From: an uncultured delta proteobacterium
GTDB taxonomy: Bacteria > Desulfobacterota > Binatia > UBA9968
Reading direction: 5' to 3'
DNA length: 64,000 nt
NCBI GenBank assembly: GCA_963737905.1
Contig: CAVTUQ010000028.1
Coordinates: forward strand, 32,001-96,000
Part shown: positions 19,413-30,421 of the stretch, piece by piece
Layout of the letters: every line of letters starts with the position of its first letter
Numbering within the stretch: the first letter of the stretch is position 1
Notes under the pieces: model-generated
Database searches by the model: none
Seen by the model: the letters and a program-made list of their open reading frames with translations, nothing else
What the model was told of the DNA's origin: nothing
Translations under genes and position numbers: made by a program

Positions 19413-20615
19413 TTAGAAGAGGGACGATTGCTGCTCGCTTTCCATGGGGAGCGTTATTTCCACCTCGGTACCTTTTCCCTGCACGCTTGCAATCCGTAAA
19501 ATACCGCCATGTATCTCGATGAATCGAGATGCCATGCTCAACCCTAAACCGTCATGGTTCTTCTTGGAACTAAAGAATGGAACAACTACGTTTGTCAGAG
19601 CAGTTGCATCAATCCCGCATCCGGAATCTATCACCCCTATGGTTGCTACAGAAACGCCATCGTCATAACACTTTACTTTTGCTTTAAGCGTTACTTGGCC
19701 GCCCGCTTCTGTAGCTTCCAGAGCGTTTTGAAGAACATGTTCGATCGCTAACTCCAACAAATACGGATCAGCTTGAATGACGGCGCCGTCTACCGACGCA
19801 TGGATTTGACTGCAGAAAGCAATTCCTTTTTTATCGAATAAGGATCGCCGCGTCATGGCGGCGCCCTGGAGTATTTCCATTAACTCAACCCGAGACAAAC
19901 AGGTGGGAATCTGATTGAAGTCCGAAAACCCACGGGTGAGATCGATGGCCTTTTCCAATGCTTCTTGCAGCATTAGAGTTTCTCTGGATTCCGGAATTGT
20001 TCTTTTGAGGGAATTGACAACTAGGTTTAGTAACTGAAAATGGTTACCAATCTTGTGCACAAACCGCGAAATAACAGCGTGTTCCGCACCATTCAGCCGA
20101 CTGTTGCCATCCATTGGGACGATACAGCCTCGAACCACAGTCGTATCGTTTGAACGGGTTTTCCAAAGACTATGTGCAACCCAGACTGGTAAACCGCGTC
20201 CATCCTGTATGCGATGTATCAGCGAAGTCCTCCGATTGAGATGCTCCAGCTCGGCCAATCTCTTGGATAGCAAAAGAAGGTCTTCAGCAGGAATTCTTTG
20301 GTTTGAAAGCAGCCGGTTGCCGATAAGCTCTTTCGACTCTAGACCAAGCAGCTCAGAAATACTTTCCGAGACATAACTAAACTCAAGAGCGGCATTGCAT
20401 TCGTACAGCACACAGGGCAAAGATTCACCAAAAGCCTGTGAATGTTCGCACACGGATTGGCTAGATTGGATCATGGAATCTGATGCGGTGAACAACGGAT
20501 TCGCAGTCTCCGATAGTGACGACCGCTGGGACGTTAACTTAGCTTGTGGTCCAGGCACAGGAATAACTTTTCGATTTCCGTAAGCATTCGTATTTGGGTT
20601 AAGGCAAGGTGCCAC
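19413..20615 (-). CDS. Cytoplasmic PAS-domain sensor histidine kinase
   Basis: PAS-like region, atypical H-box FVHKIGNH, N-box NALEA, DSGCGI and GLGL. Start is uncertain. Confidence 0.8.
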   Translation of the reverse strand: MAPCLNPNTNAYGNRKVIPVPGPQAKLTSQRSSLSETANPLFTASDSMIQSSQSVCEHSQAFGESLPCVLYECNAALEFSYVSESISELLGLESKELIGNRLLSNQRIPAEDLLLLSKRLAELEHLNRRTSLIHRIQDGRGLPVWVAHSLWKTRSNDTTVVRGCIVPMDGNSRLNGAEHAVISRFVHKIGNHFQLLNLVVNSLKRTIPESRETLMLQEALEKAIDLTRGFSDFNQIPTCLSRVELMEILQGAAMTRRSLFDKKGIAFCSQIHASVDGAVIQADPYLLELAIEHVLQNALEATEAGGQVTLKAKVKCYDDGVSVATIGVIDSGCGIDATALTNVVVPFFSSKKNHDGLGLSMASRFIEIHGGILRIASVQGKGTEVEITLPMESEQQSSLF

Positions 20616-20869
20616 AACACCAATGGTCAGTCAAGGAAAAATGTTATGAAACTTTACAGTTAGACTAGTGTCAGCAAACCATGGCGCGTTGTCCACTAAT
20701 TTATAATTAGCAGTCTTTCCGCTGGAGTTCCCAGGGACTCTTCTTAGTGCTTTAAATATCTCCAAAAGGCAGTTCCAATCAGCTTTCCACTCGTTTTGTA
20801 CTTTAGAACAGCATCCTTTCAACCCCGGGTATAGAGACGCAAATGGTCGGCCTTATCCGCACAGAAGCG

Positions 20870-20950
20870 CTAGCCGGCAGCTAAAAATCCGACGCTCTGC
20901 CGCGCTCGATCGCCTCGCTATGACTTGTCGCCGCACGATATACGTATATT
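20870..20950 (-). repeat. Degenerate, uninterrupted relative of the repeat targeted by the IS
   Basis: 20902-20919 GCGCTCGATCGCCTCGCT matches the reverse complement of the rejoined target AGCGAGGCGATTGAGCGC at 17/18 positions. Confidence 0.55.
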
Positions 20951-21626
20951 GTTCGAGAGATGATCCGTGAAGCCAAATGGCGAATTAAGTTTTGCCGAAG
21001 TTTTCCCAAGCCGGAAGGCGAGTGAATTCAAATGAACATCAATACAATATAGAATTGACGGAGCTGTTCCTTGGTCACTTGTCTACGCACCGGACTGAAG
21101 TTGACATCGACAATACGAAATATCTGAGCGGACCAAAAGCAACTCGAGATCGGTCTTGGGAAGAATCATCGACTTCGATCACAGTTTTGCCTTTTACTCA
21201 AAACCGACAATATGATTCGGGAGGCCATGCCCGGCAAGATAACTCTTGAATAACGGCTAACTTGCATGGTTTCCCCAGGGACAGAAAGCGAAGTTTGTTG
21301 CAAAGTTGATCTGATTGTTGGTCCGACCTAACCAACGGGTCTGTACCCGTGGCACCGAGCATAGAACTCAAGGAAAACGGTGTAACCGAACAGATTTGCA
21401 AAATGACTGAAATAGGCTCAGTAACCCAAAGCGTTTTAGACGAGTTTTCTAGAGTGAAAAATGGAGTTACCTGGGTCCTTTGGGCATTCCTCAAACTCCT
21501 ACCATAAAGGTAGGACTTTGAGGAACCCCATTTACTCTCGGAAAATGGATCAATCATAGACGTGATTCAAGAACCATCTTGTAACCGTTCCATTACTTTA
21601 GCTTCCATGGTGGAAACTGATGACAG

Positions 21627-21642
21627 TGGCATTGTATTTGCT
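21627..21642 (+). promoter_or_regulatory. Putative sigma54 (-24/-12) promoter
   Basis: TGGCATTGTATTTGCT, close to the TGGCAC-N5-TTGC consensus, upstream of the PrsR-like gene. Confidence 0.7.
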
Positions 21643-21801
21643 CCCGGCTCTGGGACTTAATCCGAGGGTTTTAGAAAAATTGTCTCACTTTCGGTCGGAA
21701 AACACATTGGAAAACGATGGAAGGTTTCGACTGGAAGTAAAGTGCGGAATGAATATTTCACTACTCAAGCTCACGGAAACCAAGGAAAGGAACTGACATC
21801 G

Positions 21802-23202
21802 GTGAAAGCAAAAGTTCTGCTGGTGGATGACGAGGAGAGCATTCTTTGGCAAATGCGCTCGGCCCTTGAAGCCGAGTATGACGTTTTTATCGCGTCCAAC
21901 GAGAGCGAAGCACTAACAACATTTGAGCGTGAACGGACCGCGGTGGTCACATTGGATCTCTCTCTGAATCCAGGAAATCCGGAAGATTTAGGTGGCCTCG
22001 GGTTACTGGAACGCATCTTAGTTAAGGAACCATCTACCAGGGTGATCGTCGTCACGGGTAACCATGATCAGACCACCGCCTTGCGGGCGGTTCGTTTGGG
22101 AGCTTTCGACTACTATTCCAAACCAGTACGTTTGGAAGATCTGAAAGTCATGATCCAGCGGGCCTGCCACATATACCGAATCTACCAACGGCTAGACTAC
22201 AATTACACGGGCTCCAAGAATGAGTTTCATGGGATTATCGGCAGTTCGAAGGGCATGCAAGACATCTTCCGTTTTATTGAGCGAGTTGCCCTTTCCGATA
22301 TCTCGGTGCTGATAGGAGGCGAGAGCGGCACCGGCAAAGAACTCGTCGCCCATGCTATCCATCGACAAAGCCAGCGGAAGAATAACCCGTTCGTTGTTGT
22401 CAATTGCGGCGCCATTCCAGAGAATCTGCTTGAGAGCGAACTCTTTGGACACGAGAAAGGCGCTTTCACCGGTGCTTACACACAAAAAAAAGGCAAATTT
22501 GAGCTAGCGCACACAGGCACCTTGTTCTTGGACGAAATTGGGGAATTGGTTCCTACTCTCCAAGTTAAGCTTCTGCGCTTTTTACAGGACCGCAAGATAG
22601 AAAGAGTCGGTGGCAATCAACCTGTTGAGGTCGATGTCAGAATTATCGCCGCCACCAACCGAGACCTCAAGCAAGACATTGAGAATCGGCTGTTTCGTGA
22701 AGATCTGTACTATCGGCTCAAAGTCGTGCCGTTGGAAATCCCAGCGCTCCGTGAAAGGAGGGATGACATCGTTTCATTGACACAGTATTTCTTGAGAAAA
22801 TATTGTCGGGAAAATCATAAACCGCTTATCAGCTTGTCATCGGAAGCGGAAGCAGCACTCCTGGTGCATCCCTGGCCGGGCAACGTTCGAGAGCTCGAGA
22901 ATGTGATCAACCGGGCGGTTGTCCTCAGCTCTTATCCGGTCTTGAAGCCCGGAGATCTAGGACTCCAATTGGAGCGGGGGCCATCAGACGTTAATCTGAA
23001 GTTTGCAAAAACGGCGATGGAAATAGATTATATCAAGAGAGCGCTTTCGCGAAACAAAGGTGTGGTGAGTCGGGCAGCAAAAGACCTCGGCATTAGTCGA
23101 GTGAATCTCTACGAACTCATCGACAAATACAAAATACATATTCAAGAATTCAAACCGACGCGCCCAGCCCGGCAACAAAACATGACTCGGGAGGTCTCCT
23201 AG
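21802..23202 (+). CDS. prsR: PEP-CTERM-box-type sigma54 response regulator (PrsR-like)
   Basis: REC with VTLDLSL...GAFDYYSKP, GESGTGKE, GAFTGA and HTH. GTG 21802 follows GGAAAGGA; 21742 is an alternative start. Confidence 0.75.
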   Translation: MKAKVLLVDDEESILWQMRSALEAEYDVFIASNESEALTTFERERTAVVTLDLSLNPGNPEDLGGLGLLERILVKEPSTRVIVVTGNHDQTTALRAVRLGAFDYYSKPVRLEDLKVMIQRACHIYRIYQRLDYNYTGSKNEFHGIIGSSKGMQDIFRFIERVALSDISVLIGGESGTGKELVAHAIHRQSQRKNNPFVVVNCGAIPENLLESELFGHEKGAFTGAYTQKKGKFELAHTGTLFLDEIGELVPTLQVKLLRFLQDRKIERVGGNQPVEVDVRIIAATNRDLKQDIENRLFREDLYYRLKVVPLEIPALRERRDDIVSLTQYFLRKYCRENHKPLISLSSEAEAALLVHPWPGNVRELENVINRAVVLSSYPVLKPGDLGLQLERGPSDVNLKFAKTAMEIDYIKRALSRNKGVVSRAAKDLGISRVNLYELIDKYKIHIQEFKPTRPARQQNMTREVS

Positions 23203-23203
23203 T

Positions 23204-24610
23204 TTGGAAACTCTAAGAGCGAAGTTACAAGAGCGCAACGCCACCGCCGCGGTGATCGGCTTAGGTTATGTGGGCCTGCCTTTGGCTCTAGAGATCGCTT
23301 CAGCCGGCTTCAAGGTCGTGGGTATCGATCTCGATCAGAATAAGATTGCGGCGCTGAACGCAGGGAAATCTTATATTGGGGACGCGTCCGATAAAGCCGT
23401 CATCGCAGCAGTCGAAAGCGGGCGGTTCTTGCCTACCTTGGATTTTGCAGCGTTGGGTGATGTCGATACGGTCAGCATCTGCGTTCCCACGCCATTGAGC
23501 AAAAGCCGCGATCCGGACATTTCTTTCATACTGGCCGCAACCGAACAGATTCGGAAGACCTTGCACACGGGCCAGCTCATTGTGTTGGAAAGCACGACCT
23601 ATCCTGGCACAACAGACGAACTGATACTTCCGGAGCTCGAAAGCTCCGGATTGCGAGTCGGAAAAGACTTCTTTCTTGCCTTTTCACCGGAGAGAATCGA
23701 CCCTGGTAATGATTTGTTCAATACCCGCAACACTCCAAAGATCGTCGGCGGCATCACGGAAGCGTGCACGGAAATTGCGCGCATTTTCTATTCTCAATTC
23801 ATTGAGCGGGTCATTGCGGTCTCGAGCACCAAGTGCGCCGAGATGGTCAAACTTCTCGAAAACACGTTCCGCAGTGTCAACATTGGGATGGTCAACGAGC
23901 TGGCGCTGATGTGCGATGTTCTGGGGGTGGATGTCTACGAGGTCATCGATGCGGCGGCAACGAAACCCTTCGGTTTCATTCCCTTTTATCCAGGCCCGGG
24001 ACTGGGAGGACACTGCATCCCCATCGATCCTCACTACCTGGCCTGGAAGCTCAAGGCGCTGAATTTTCAGGCGCGATTTATCGGTTTGGCAGCCGAAATC
24101 AACGGCATGATGCCCTCGGTGGTCACGACCCTGGTGGGTGAGGGACTCAACCGGTTTTCCAAGAGTATTCGGGGCTCGAAGGTCTTGGTTCTTGGCGTTG
24201 CCTACAAGAAAAACGTCAGCGACTGCCGGGAATCTCCGGCCCTCGACGTGATGCGGATGCTAAGCGAAAAGGGCGCTATCCTGTCATATAACGATCCGTT
24301 CGTTGCCAGTTTAAGAATGAATGGTAACACTTTGAAGTCGGTGGAATTAACCTCGGCCAATATCGCAAGCCAGGATTGCATCATCATTCTCACGGATCAT
24401 GGTGCCTATGATTTTCGGAGCATCATAGCCGGAGCCAAGTTGGTGGTCGACACCAGAAACGCCACGAAGGATCTGCAACAATTCAAAGATAAGATAATCA
24501 AGCTGGGAGCAGGGAATAATGTGGCGTCGGCTCCTAACTACGAAGACGAACACGAGAGCGTAGCGGCAAATCTGGCAACGCACCAAAGCGAAACACCATT
24601 CAATTCTTGA
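23204..24610 (+). CDS. UDP-N-acetyl-hexosamine 6-dehydrogenase (WbpA/WecC family)
   Basis: GLGYVGLP, CVPTP, ESTTYPGTT, FSPERIDPGN, GGHCIPIDP and RESP motifs. Confidence 0.92.
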   Translation: METLRAKLQERNATAAVIGLGYVGLPLALEIASAGFKVVGIDLDQNKIAALNAGKSYIGDASDKAVIAAVESGRFLPTLDFAALGDVDTVSICVPTPLSKSRDPDISFILAATEQIRKTLHTGQLIVLESTTYPGTTDELILPELESSGLRVGKDFFLAFSPERIDPGNDLFNTRNTPKIVGGITEACTEIARIFYSQFIERVIAVSSTKCAEMVKLLENTFRSVNIGMVNELALMCDVLGVDVYEVIDAAATKPFGFIPFYPGPGLGGHCIPIDPHYLAWKLKALNFQARFIGLAAEINGMMPSVVTTLVGEGLNRFSKSIRGSKVLVLGVAYKKNVSDCRESPALDVMRMLSEKGAILSYNDPFVASLRMNGNTLKSVELTSANIASQDCIIILTDHGAYDFRSIIAGAKLVVDTRNATKDLQQFKDKIIKLGAGNNVASAPNYEDEHESVAANLATHQSETPFNS

Positions 24611-24668
24611 CGCCTGGGAAGGCTATCGTAGCCATCGCCAGTTGCGATAGGCTGTCAGGGCGGGGCGT

Positions 24669-27600
24669 TCACTTACCGCAGCACCGCTTAAATTTCTTGC
24701 CACTGCCGCACGGGCAAGGATCGTTTCTTCCTACTTTCTCGCCTTGCCGTCTCGCCTGCGAAACGGGAGCCGATTGGACGCCCTCGGTACCGCGACTTAG
24801 TACCACACGTTGCGGACGTGGCTGCTGCATCTCCACCTGTTGGGCGACACTCTCCCTGGCGATTTCTACGGTAAAGAGTTTCTGCACGACGTCTTCCTGG
24901 ACACGGTGAATCATCTCCTCGAACATCTCGAAGCCTTCTTTCTGGTATTCCTGGAGGGGGTTCTTTTGCCCGTAGCCACGCAACCCAATTCCTTCCTTGA
25001 GATGGTCCATATTAAGAAGATGATCCTTCCACAAGCTATCGATGGTCTGGAGCATGATGATTTTCTCCAGTTGCCGCAACATAGGCGTACCGAATCGTCT
25101 CTCTTTGTCCTCATAAGCTTCGGTGACTGTTTGGCTTGCCAATTCCGTCAGGCCGTCCACTGTTAAGTTATCCAATTCATCTGCTTTGAAGTCGACCCGC
25201 AGGTTAAACTGGTGGTGCAGCCCTTCACGCAAGCCAGGCAAATCCCAATCCGCGGGGTGAAGCTCTTTGTCGCCGTATCGCTCCAGGACCTCATCGGCAA
25301 GGTCATGAGCCATGGTTAGCACGTCTTGTTTCAAGTCCTCGCCCTTCAGCACCTCTCTCCTCTGGTTGTAAATCACCTCTCGCTGTTTATTCATGACATC
25401 ATCATACTCCAAGAGGTGTTTACGAATATCGAAATTGTGGGCTTCTACCTTTTTCTGCGCGTTTTCAATCGCCCGGGTCACAAGACCGTGCTCGATGGGA
25501 ACACCTTCTTCCATCCCCAACCGACTCATGATGCCCTGAATTCGATCGGCGCCGAAGATGCGCATCAAATCGTCTTCCAGCGACAAATAAAAACGCGACG
25601 ACCCGGGATCCCCTTGCCGTCCCGCCCTTCCGCGCAACTGATTGTCGATGCGCCGGCTCTCGTGACGTTCCGTACCTAGAATATGGAGTCCCCCCGCGGC
25701 GATGACCCGTTCCCGTTCATCGGCGCAGACTAGGTTGTACCCGGCTAACACTTCATCGAAGCGGTGGCGATATTCGTCGGGCGCTTTGTCCAACTGCTCG
25801 CGAATTTCCTCGACCACCCGCAGATATTCCTGGCGCTTGGTTTCATAATTGCGCTGTGCCTCTTGAATAGCCTGTTCGTAAGGCTGCCGGATCTCTTCGC
25901 ATTGGGCCTCCGCTGCCTCGTAGGCCTGGTAAACCCTATCATACTCGGCCACCAGCGAGGCATGATCTCCCCGTCCCAGCACCAAAAGGGCCCGATCGAA
26001 CTCGAAATCATTGGCCCGTTGCTCGTAGTTTCGCCGTTTTTCATCTAACGGCTCGAGTAACTCTTGCCGCTCGCCGTTTTTTTGTTGCCAGCGATTGATG
26101 CAATCGCTGAAATCCTGTCGTGCCTCTTCAAAAACTTCGTTCGTATTCCCATCGTCTCCATCCCGGGCTTGCAGAAGCGAAGCCTCGAGATCTTGCTTCG
26201 CTTGGAGGTAGCTTTCCGGAATCGGTCTCATGCCGTGCAGCGCTTCTATGAGCTCCGTAGCGGACAGATCTTCGTATCGTTCCCGCTTATCACGGAAAGG
26301 CGAAAGCTCTCTGATTTGCCGTTGAATTTCAGTGGAACGTTTCAGGGCGTCGCTCCGCTGCTGCTGGTACAGCTCGCCGTCTTTTACATAACGCTTTTCG
26401 GCCTTTTGGACCTCTTCGTCGTATTTCTCACGCAGCTCTCTCAACGCATCTTCGTAACGTCCCGCCCCTCCAACCGGCAGCTTAGCCGCCCGGCTGATCC
26501 ATTCGTTTTCCATATCCGAGCGGGCCAAGAAGTCCGGGTTGCCGCCGAGCAAAATGTCAGTGCCGCGCCCCGCCATGTTGGTCGCAATTGTGACCGCGCC
26601 TAATCGGCCGGCCTGGGCAATGATCGTCGCCTCCGCCTCGTGGTTGACGGCATTGAGAACATTGTGTTTGATGTTCCTTTTCTTGAGCATCCGGGAGAGA
26701 CGCTCAGACTTCGCAACGGAAGTCGTGCCCACCAAGATGGGTTGTCCCTGCTTGTGACGTTCTTCAATCTCTTGAACCACTGCATCGAATTTCTCATTTT
26801 CCGTTCGATAAACTACATCTGGATTATCGATGCGAATCATGTTGCGATGGGTCGGAATCACGACCACATCGAGTTTATAAATCTTTGTGAATTCCGTCGC
26901 TTCCGTATCGGCGGTGCCCGTCATACCCGCAAGTTTCTTATACATGCGAAAGTAGTTCTGGATCGTGATCGTCGCAAGTGTTTGGTTCTCTTCGCGAATG
27001 TGTACCCGTTCCTTAGCTTCCACCGCTTGGTGAAGCCCGTCGGACCAGCGTCGACCTGGCATCAATCGACCGGTGAATTCGTCAACGATGATCACTTCAC
27101 CATCTTTCACGACGTAATCAACGTCACGCTTAAAAATGGCGTGGGCTTTCAGCGCCTGTTGCACGTGGTGCAACGTGTCGATCTGCCGCGGATCGTAGAG
27201 ATTGTGCACGCCCAACAAACGTTCCACTTTGGCAACACCGGTTTCCGTCAAGGTCACCGAGCGGCTCTTTTCATCCACCGTGTAGTCGCCCTTGGCTTCA
27301 ATTGCGGCGCGATCCTCTTGCGATGGATCGCCTTGAATCACGGCACCTCGCTGCAGCTTGGGAATGATTCGGTCGATGATATAGTACTTGTCCGTGGACT
27401 CTTCCGCCGGGCCGGAGATGATCAGTGGAGTTCTGGCCTCGTCGATCAAAATATTATCCACTTCATCGACTACAACAAAGTTAAGCTCTCTTTGGACATA
27501 CTCCTCCAGAGAGAATTTCATGTTGTCCCGCAAGTAATCGAACCCGAACTCGTTATTCGTTCCGTAGGTGATATCTGCGCGGTAAGCTTCTTGGCGTGTG

Positions 27601-28268
27601 ATCGCCCGCAGGTTGAGGTAGCGGTAATCCTTGGTCAAATAGCTAGGATCGAACAGATAGCTGGCTTCGTGAACGATGGAGGCCACCGACAGGCCAAGCT
27701 TGTGATAAATCGGTCCCATCCATTGGACGTCGCGACGCGCCAAGTAATCATTGACCGTAATGAGGTGAGCCCCTCGGCCGGTGAGTGCGTTTAGGTACAA
27801 CGGCAACGTCGCAACTAGCGTCTTTCCCTCGCCGGTCTTCATCTCGGCGATCTTACCTTCGTGCAGGACCACTCCACCGATCAGTTGAACGTCAAAATGC
27901 CTGAGCCCGATGGTACGCCGGGAGGCTTCACGAACCGCCGCGAAGGCTTCAGGGATGAGCTCTTCAAGAACCTCAGCTTCCGCCTGGCGCAATTCTTTGT
28001 CTGATTCCTCCACCCTGCCTTTTAATTCCTCGCGCTCCTCAGTATTGGCAGTGAGCGCCTCCTTCTGGACCTCTTCGAGAGCGCTCCGCAACAGATCAGT
28101 TGCCTCATGGACCCGCTTCTTAAACTGTTCTGTCTTATCGCGCAGCTCGGCGTCGGTAAGGTTTTGAAATTCGGCTTCTAGTTCGTTGATTTCCCTTACG
28201 TACGGACGAATGCGCTTGACCTCGCGGTCATTCTTGGTTCCGACAATCTTTTTAATCAGACTCAACAT
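24669..28268 (-). CDS. secA: Preprotein translocase ATPase SecA (1199 aa, with large insertion)
   Basis: [42 protein letters not shown] and C-terminal [17 protein letters not shown]. Confidence 0.98.
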   Translation of the reverse strand: MLSLIKKIVGTKNDREVKRIRPYVREINELEAEFQNLTDAELRDKTEQFKKRVHEATDLLRSALEEVQKEALTANTEEREELKGRVEESDKELRQAEAEVLEELIPEAFAAVREASRRTIGLRHFDVQLIGGVVLHEGKIAEMKTGEGKTLVATLPLYLNALTGRGAHLITVNDYLARRDVQWMGPIYHKLGLSVASIVHEASYLFDPSYLTKDYRYLNLRAITRQEAYRADITYGTNNEFGFDYLRDNMKFSLEEYVQRELNFVVVDEVDNILIDEARTPLIISGPAEESTDKYYIIDRIIPKLQRGAVIQGDPSQEDRAAIEAKGDYTVDEKSRSVTLTETGVAKVERLLGVHNLYDPRQIDTLHHVQQALKAHAIFKRDVDYVVKDGEVIIVDEFTGRLMPGRRWSDGLHQAVEAKERVHIREENQTLATITIQNYFRMYKKLAGMTGTADTEATEFTKIYKLDVVVIPTHRNMIRIDNPDVVYRTENEKFDAVVQEIEERHKQGQPILVGTTSVAKSERLSRMLKKRNIKHNVLNAVNHEAEATIIAQAGRLGAVTIATNMAGRGTDILLGGNPDFLARSDMENEWISRAAKLPVGGAGRYEDALRELREKYDEEVQKAEKRYVKDGELYQQQRSDALKRSTEIQRQIRELSPFRDKRERYEDLSATELIEALHGMRPIPESYLQAKQDLEASLLQARDGDDGNTNEVFEEARQDFSDCINRWQQKNGERQELLEPLDEKRRNYEQRANDFEFDRALLVLGRGDHASLVAEYDRVYQAYEAAEAQCEEIRQPYEQAIQEAQRNYETKRQEYLRVVEEIREQLDKAPDEYRHRFDEVLAGYNLVCADERERVIAAGGLHILGTERHESRRIDNQLRGRAGRQGDPGSSRFYLSLEDDLMRIFGADRIQGIMSRLGMEEGVPIEHGLVTRAIENAQKKVEAHNFDIRKHLLEYDDVMNKQREVIYNQRREVLKGEDLKQDVLTMAHDLADEVLERYGDKELHPADWDLPGLREGLHHQFNLRVDFKADELDNLTVDGLTELASQTVTEAYEDKERRFGTPMLRQLEKIIMLQTIDSLWKDHLLNMDHLKEGIGLRGYGQKNPLQEYQKEGFEMFEEMIHRVQEDVVQKLFTVEIARESVAQQVEMQQPRPQRVVLSRGTEGVQSAPVSQARRQGEKVGRNDPCPCGSGKKFKRCCGK

Positions 28269-28334
28269 TACAAAAGCCTGACACTCAAAGTATTCCTAAC
28301 CTCGTTTCGCACAAGCAAGCCGCTAAAAACCTTC

Positions 28335-28420
28335 GGTCATCCCTTCGACAGGCAGCCCAGGGCGAACGGGGGGAGGGCTTCAAAACATTCAACAATTGCG
28401 GTTCCAGCTGAGCTCGGCAT
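28335..28420 (+). repeat. Degenerate REP-like palindromic unit(s)
   Basis: CCCTTCGACAGGCAGCCCAGGGCGAACGG resembles the CCCTTCGACAGGCTCAGGGCGAACGG REP-like family (recalled). A related GTTCGACAGGCT occurs at about 4249. Confidence 0.45.
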
Positions 28421-28497
28421 CTTGCTAGGGCTATCGATAAAATACACGATTGTTACCGCCGGTTACAACCCGTTGTTAAATACGGCATTGAAACCGT

Positions 28498-29298
28498 TCA
28501 GCGTTCGATGCGCACTGCTGATTCCACTTTCTCACCCAGGAAACGGCGGCCGACCTTAATGAATCGATCCGGGGCGTCGGTGACAAAGAAACTGTGGACG
28601 GCCTTGCTCTTTTTTCTGGTTAACGCGCCCTTCTTAAGCACCGATTCCACCTCCTTCGCCGTCTCTTCAGCGGAATCTACCAACCGAACGCCGCTTCCCA
28701 TGAATTTGTGAATTGCTTTTTTGAGCAACGGATAGTGTGTGCAACCCAAAATCAACGTGTCGATGCCGCTTTGCTTGAGACTGCCCAGATAAGCCTTGAC
28801 CGTCATCTCTACCACTTCGTTATCGGTCCATCCCTCCTCGACCAAGGGCACCAAGAGAGGACAGGCTCGACTGTAGACCTCAACCCTTCTATCGGTTTCT
28901 TTCAACGCACGCGTGTAGGCGCCGCTTTGGATAGTCGCCTCGGTGCCGATCACGCCAACCTTATTATTCCTTGTACTCTTGATCGCCCTCCGCACGCCGG
29001 GCTCGATAACTCCGACTACGGGGATCGAAAGGCTATCTCTCAGCGGCGTCAGGGCTATCGCAGTCGATGTATTGCACGCCACGACAACTGCTTTGACTCC
29101 TTTTTGAACCAGAAATTCAGTATTCTCAAATGAATATCGAAGTACCGTCTCGACCGACTTGGTCCCGTAAGGGGCACGCGCGGTGTCGCCTAGATAAACA
29201 GTATTTTCTTTCGGCAATGTCTCAATAATCTTCTGAAGAACTGTGAGTCCCCCTATACCAGAGTCGAATACTCCGACCGCACTTTCTTTATTTGGCAT
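28498..29298 (-). CDS. murI: Glutamate racemase
   Basis: FDSGIGGL, PYGTKS, ACNTST and LGCTHYP motifs; start at MPNKES. Confidence 0.96.
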   Translation of the reverse strand: MPNKESAVGVFDSGIGGLTVLQKIIETLPKENTVYLGDTARAPYGTKSVETVLRYSFENTEFLVQKGVKAVVVACNTSTAIALTPLRDSLSIPVVGVIEPGVRRAIKSTRNNKVGVIGTEATIQSGAYTRALKETDRRVEVYSRACPLLVPLVEEGWTDNEVVEMTVKAYLGSLKQSGIDTLILGCTHYPLLKKAIHKFMGSGVRLVDSAEETAKEVESVLKKGALTRKKSKAVHSFFVTDAPDRFIKVGRRFLGEKVESAVRIER

Positions 29299-29305
29299 CA
29301 GATGA

Positions 29306-30400
29306 TTAAAGGGAAGGCGCCAGTTGATTGCCAAGCTCCCTTTCGCAGGTTGGCGCGAAGCCGAAGACCTGCTGCCATACTTCTTTGGATTCCATGCAGA
29401 GATAGACTTTGACCGTGGGTGCGGCTCGGCGGATCCAGCGAAGCATCTTGCGGTAGATGTCAACGCGCATGGGTTGAAAATAACGCAGCTTCCCATCCGG
29501 GCAAAGCACTTGCTCGCCCGTCAGAAGCCGCGTCCCGGGAAAGCGATCCCTGATTATCCGTTTCAAGTTCGGTGTACTCCGCAGGACGCCCATACTCAAC
29601 CAAGCAATTTTGCGCCAATCGACACTGCTAAAAGTCTGGTTGAGCGTCTCTTCATAATCCCTCTCCCAATTCGGGTATTCGACTATCGGATCAAAGTGAA
29701 AACCCAATCGATAACCGGCATTCTGGCAGCGACGAGCGGCCAGTAAACGCTCGCTCAGAGAGGCGGTTCCATGTTCATCCCGATCGATGACCCGCTGTGG
29801 ATTCATCGACCATGACACCACCACCCGATCCTTGGGATCTAAAACGAGTAACCCTTCGACGCAGTCGCTTTTTGTCTTGAGTTCGAGGATCACGTTGGGC
29901 TGCTCGGCGAAGAAGGGAACGACTTCACGGGCAAAACCAATGTAGGGATCCAGTGCGAGACTATCCGTGATCTCCCCCGTGCCGATCCGGAAAAAAAATC
30001 GCCGATGCTTGCTCAAGAGTTCATCGGCCTCAGTCACGAGGTCGCCGACATTGCTAAAAACCTTGAGCGCAGGATTTTGGGCGAGGTATTCCTGCAAATA
30101 ACAGTAGCTGCAGTCCATGGGGCAATTGCTAGCGAAGTTGATAACGAAATAATTGCAGCAAACCTGCCCGTCGCTGCCGGGACATTTCTTGAGGAATTCT
30201 CCTTTGTGTCGCGTCAGAAAAAGTGTCTTTTTAGCCGCACCAAAAGTAAGCGCAGAGGAATCTGTCCTCCCGTTTTCAGTTGACACCGCATCCGCGATTC
30301 TAAAAGGAATATGCGGCAACGCGTTGCGCAAGTTCCGGTAGATCGGACTCGCTTCGGAGCCCCGCTCGACGATGACCTCTTGAGGTTGAAAGAGTTGCAT
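29306..30400 (-). CDS. Spore photoproduct lyase-like radical SAM protein
   Basis: CPMDCSYC radical SAM motif, GEITDSL, ELKTK, SWSMNP, GFHFDP and YLCME. Confidence 0.8.
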   Translation of the reverse strand: MQLFQPQEVIVERGSEASPIYRNLRNALPHIPFRIADAVSTENGRTDSSALTFGAAKKTLFLTRHKGEFLKKCPGSDGQVCCNYFVINFASNCPMDCSYCYLQEYLAQNPALKVFSNVGDLVTEADELLSKHRRFFFRIGTGEITDSLALDPYIGFAREVVPFFAEQPNVILELKTKSDCVEGLLVLDPKDRVVVSWSMNPQRVIDRDEHGTASLSERLLAARRCQNAGYRLGFHFDPIVEYPNWERDYEETLNQTFSSVDWRKIAWLSMGVLRSTPNLKRIIRDRFPGTRLLTGEQVLCPDGKLRYFQPMRVDIYRKMLRWIRRAAPTVKVYLCMESKEVWQQVFGFAPTCERELGNQLAPSL

Positions 30401-30421
30401 CTCGGCTACTGGAAACCTGAT

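Noticed and set aside
25710-26530. Intein as explanation for the SecA insertion
   Set aside because: No N-terminal Cys/Ser block, no His-Asn end and no LAGLIDADG motif; the composition is coiled-coil.
26640-27794. 384-aa plus-strand ORF
   Set aside because: Antisense shadow of secA with no recognisable motifs.
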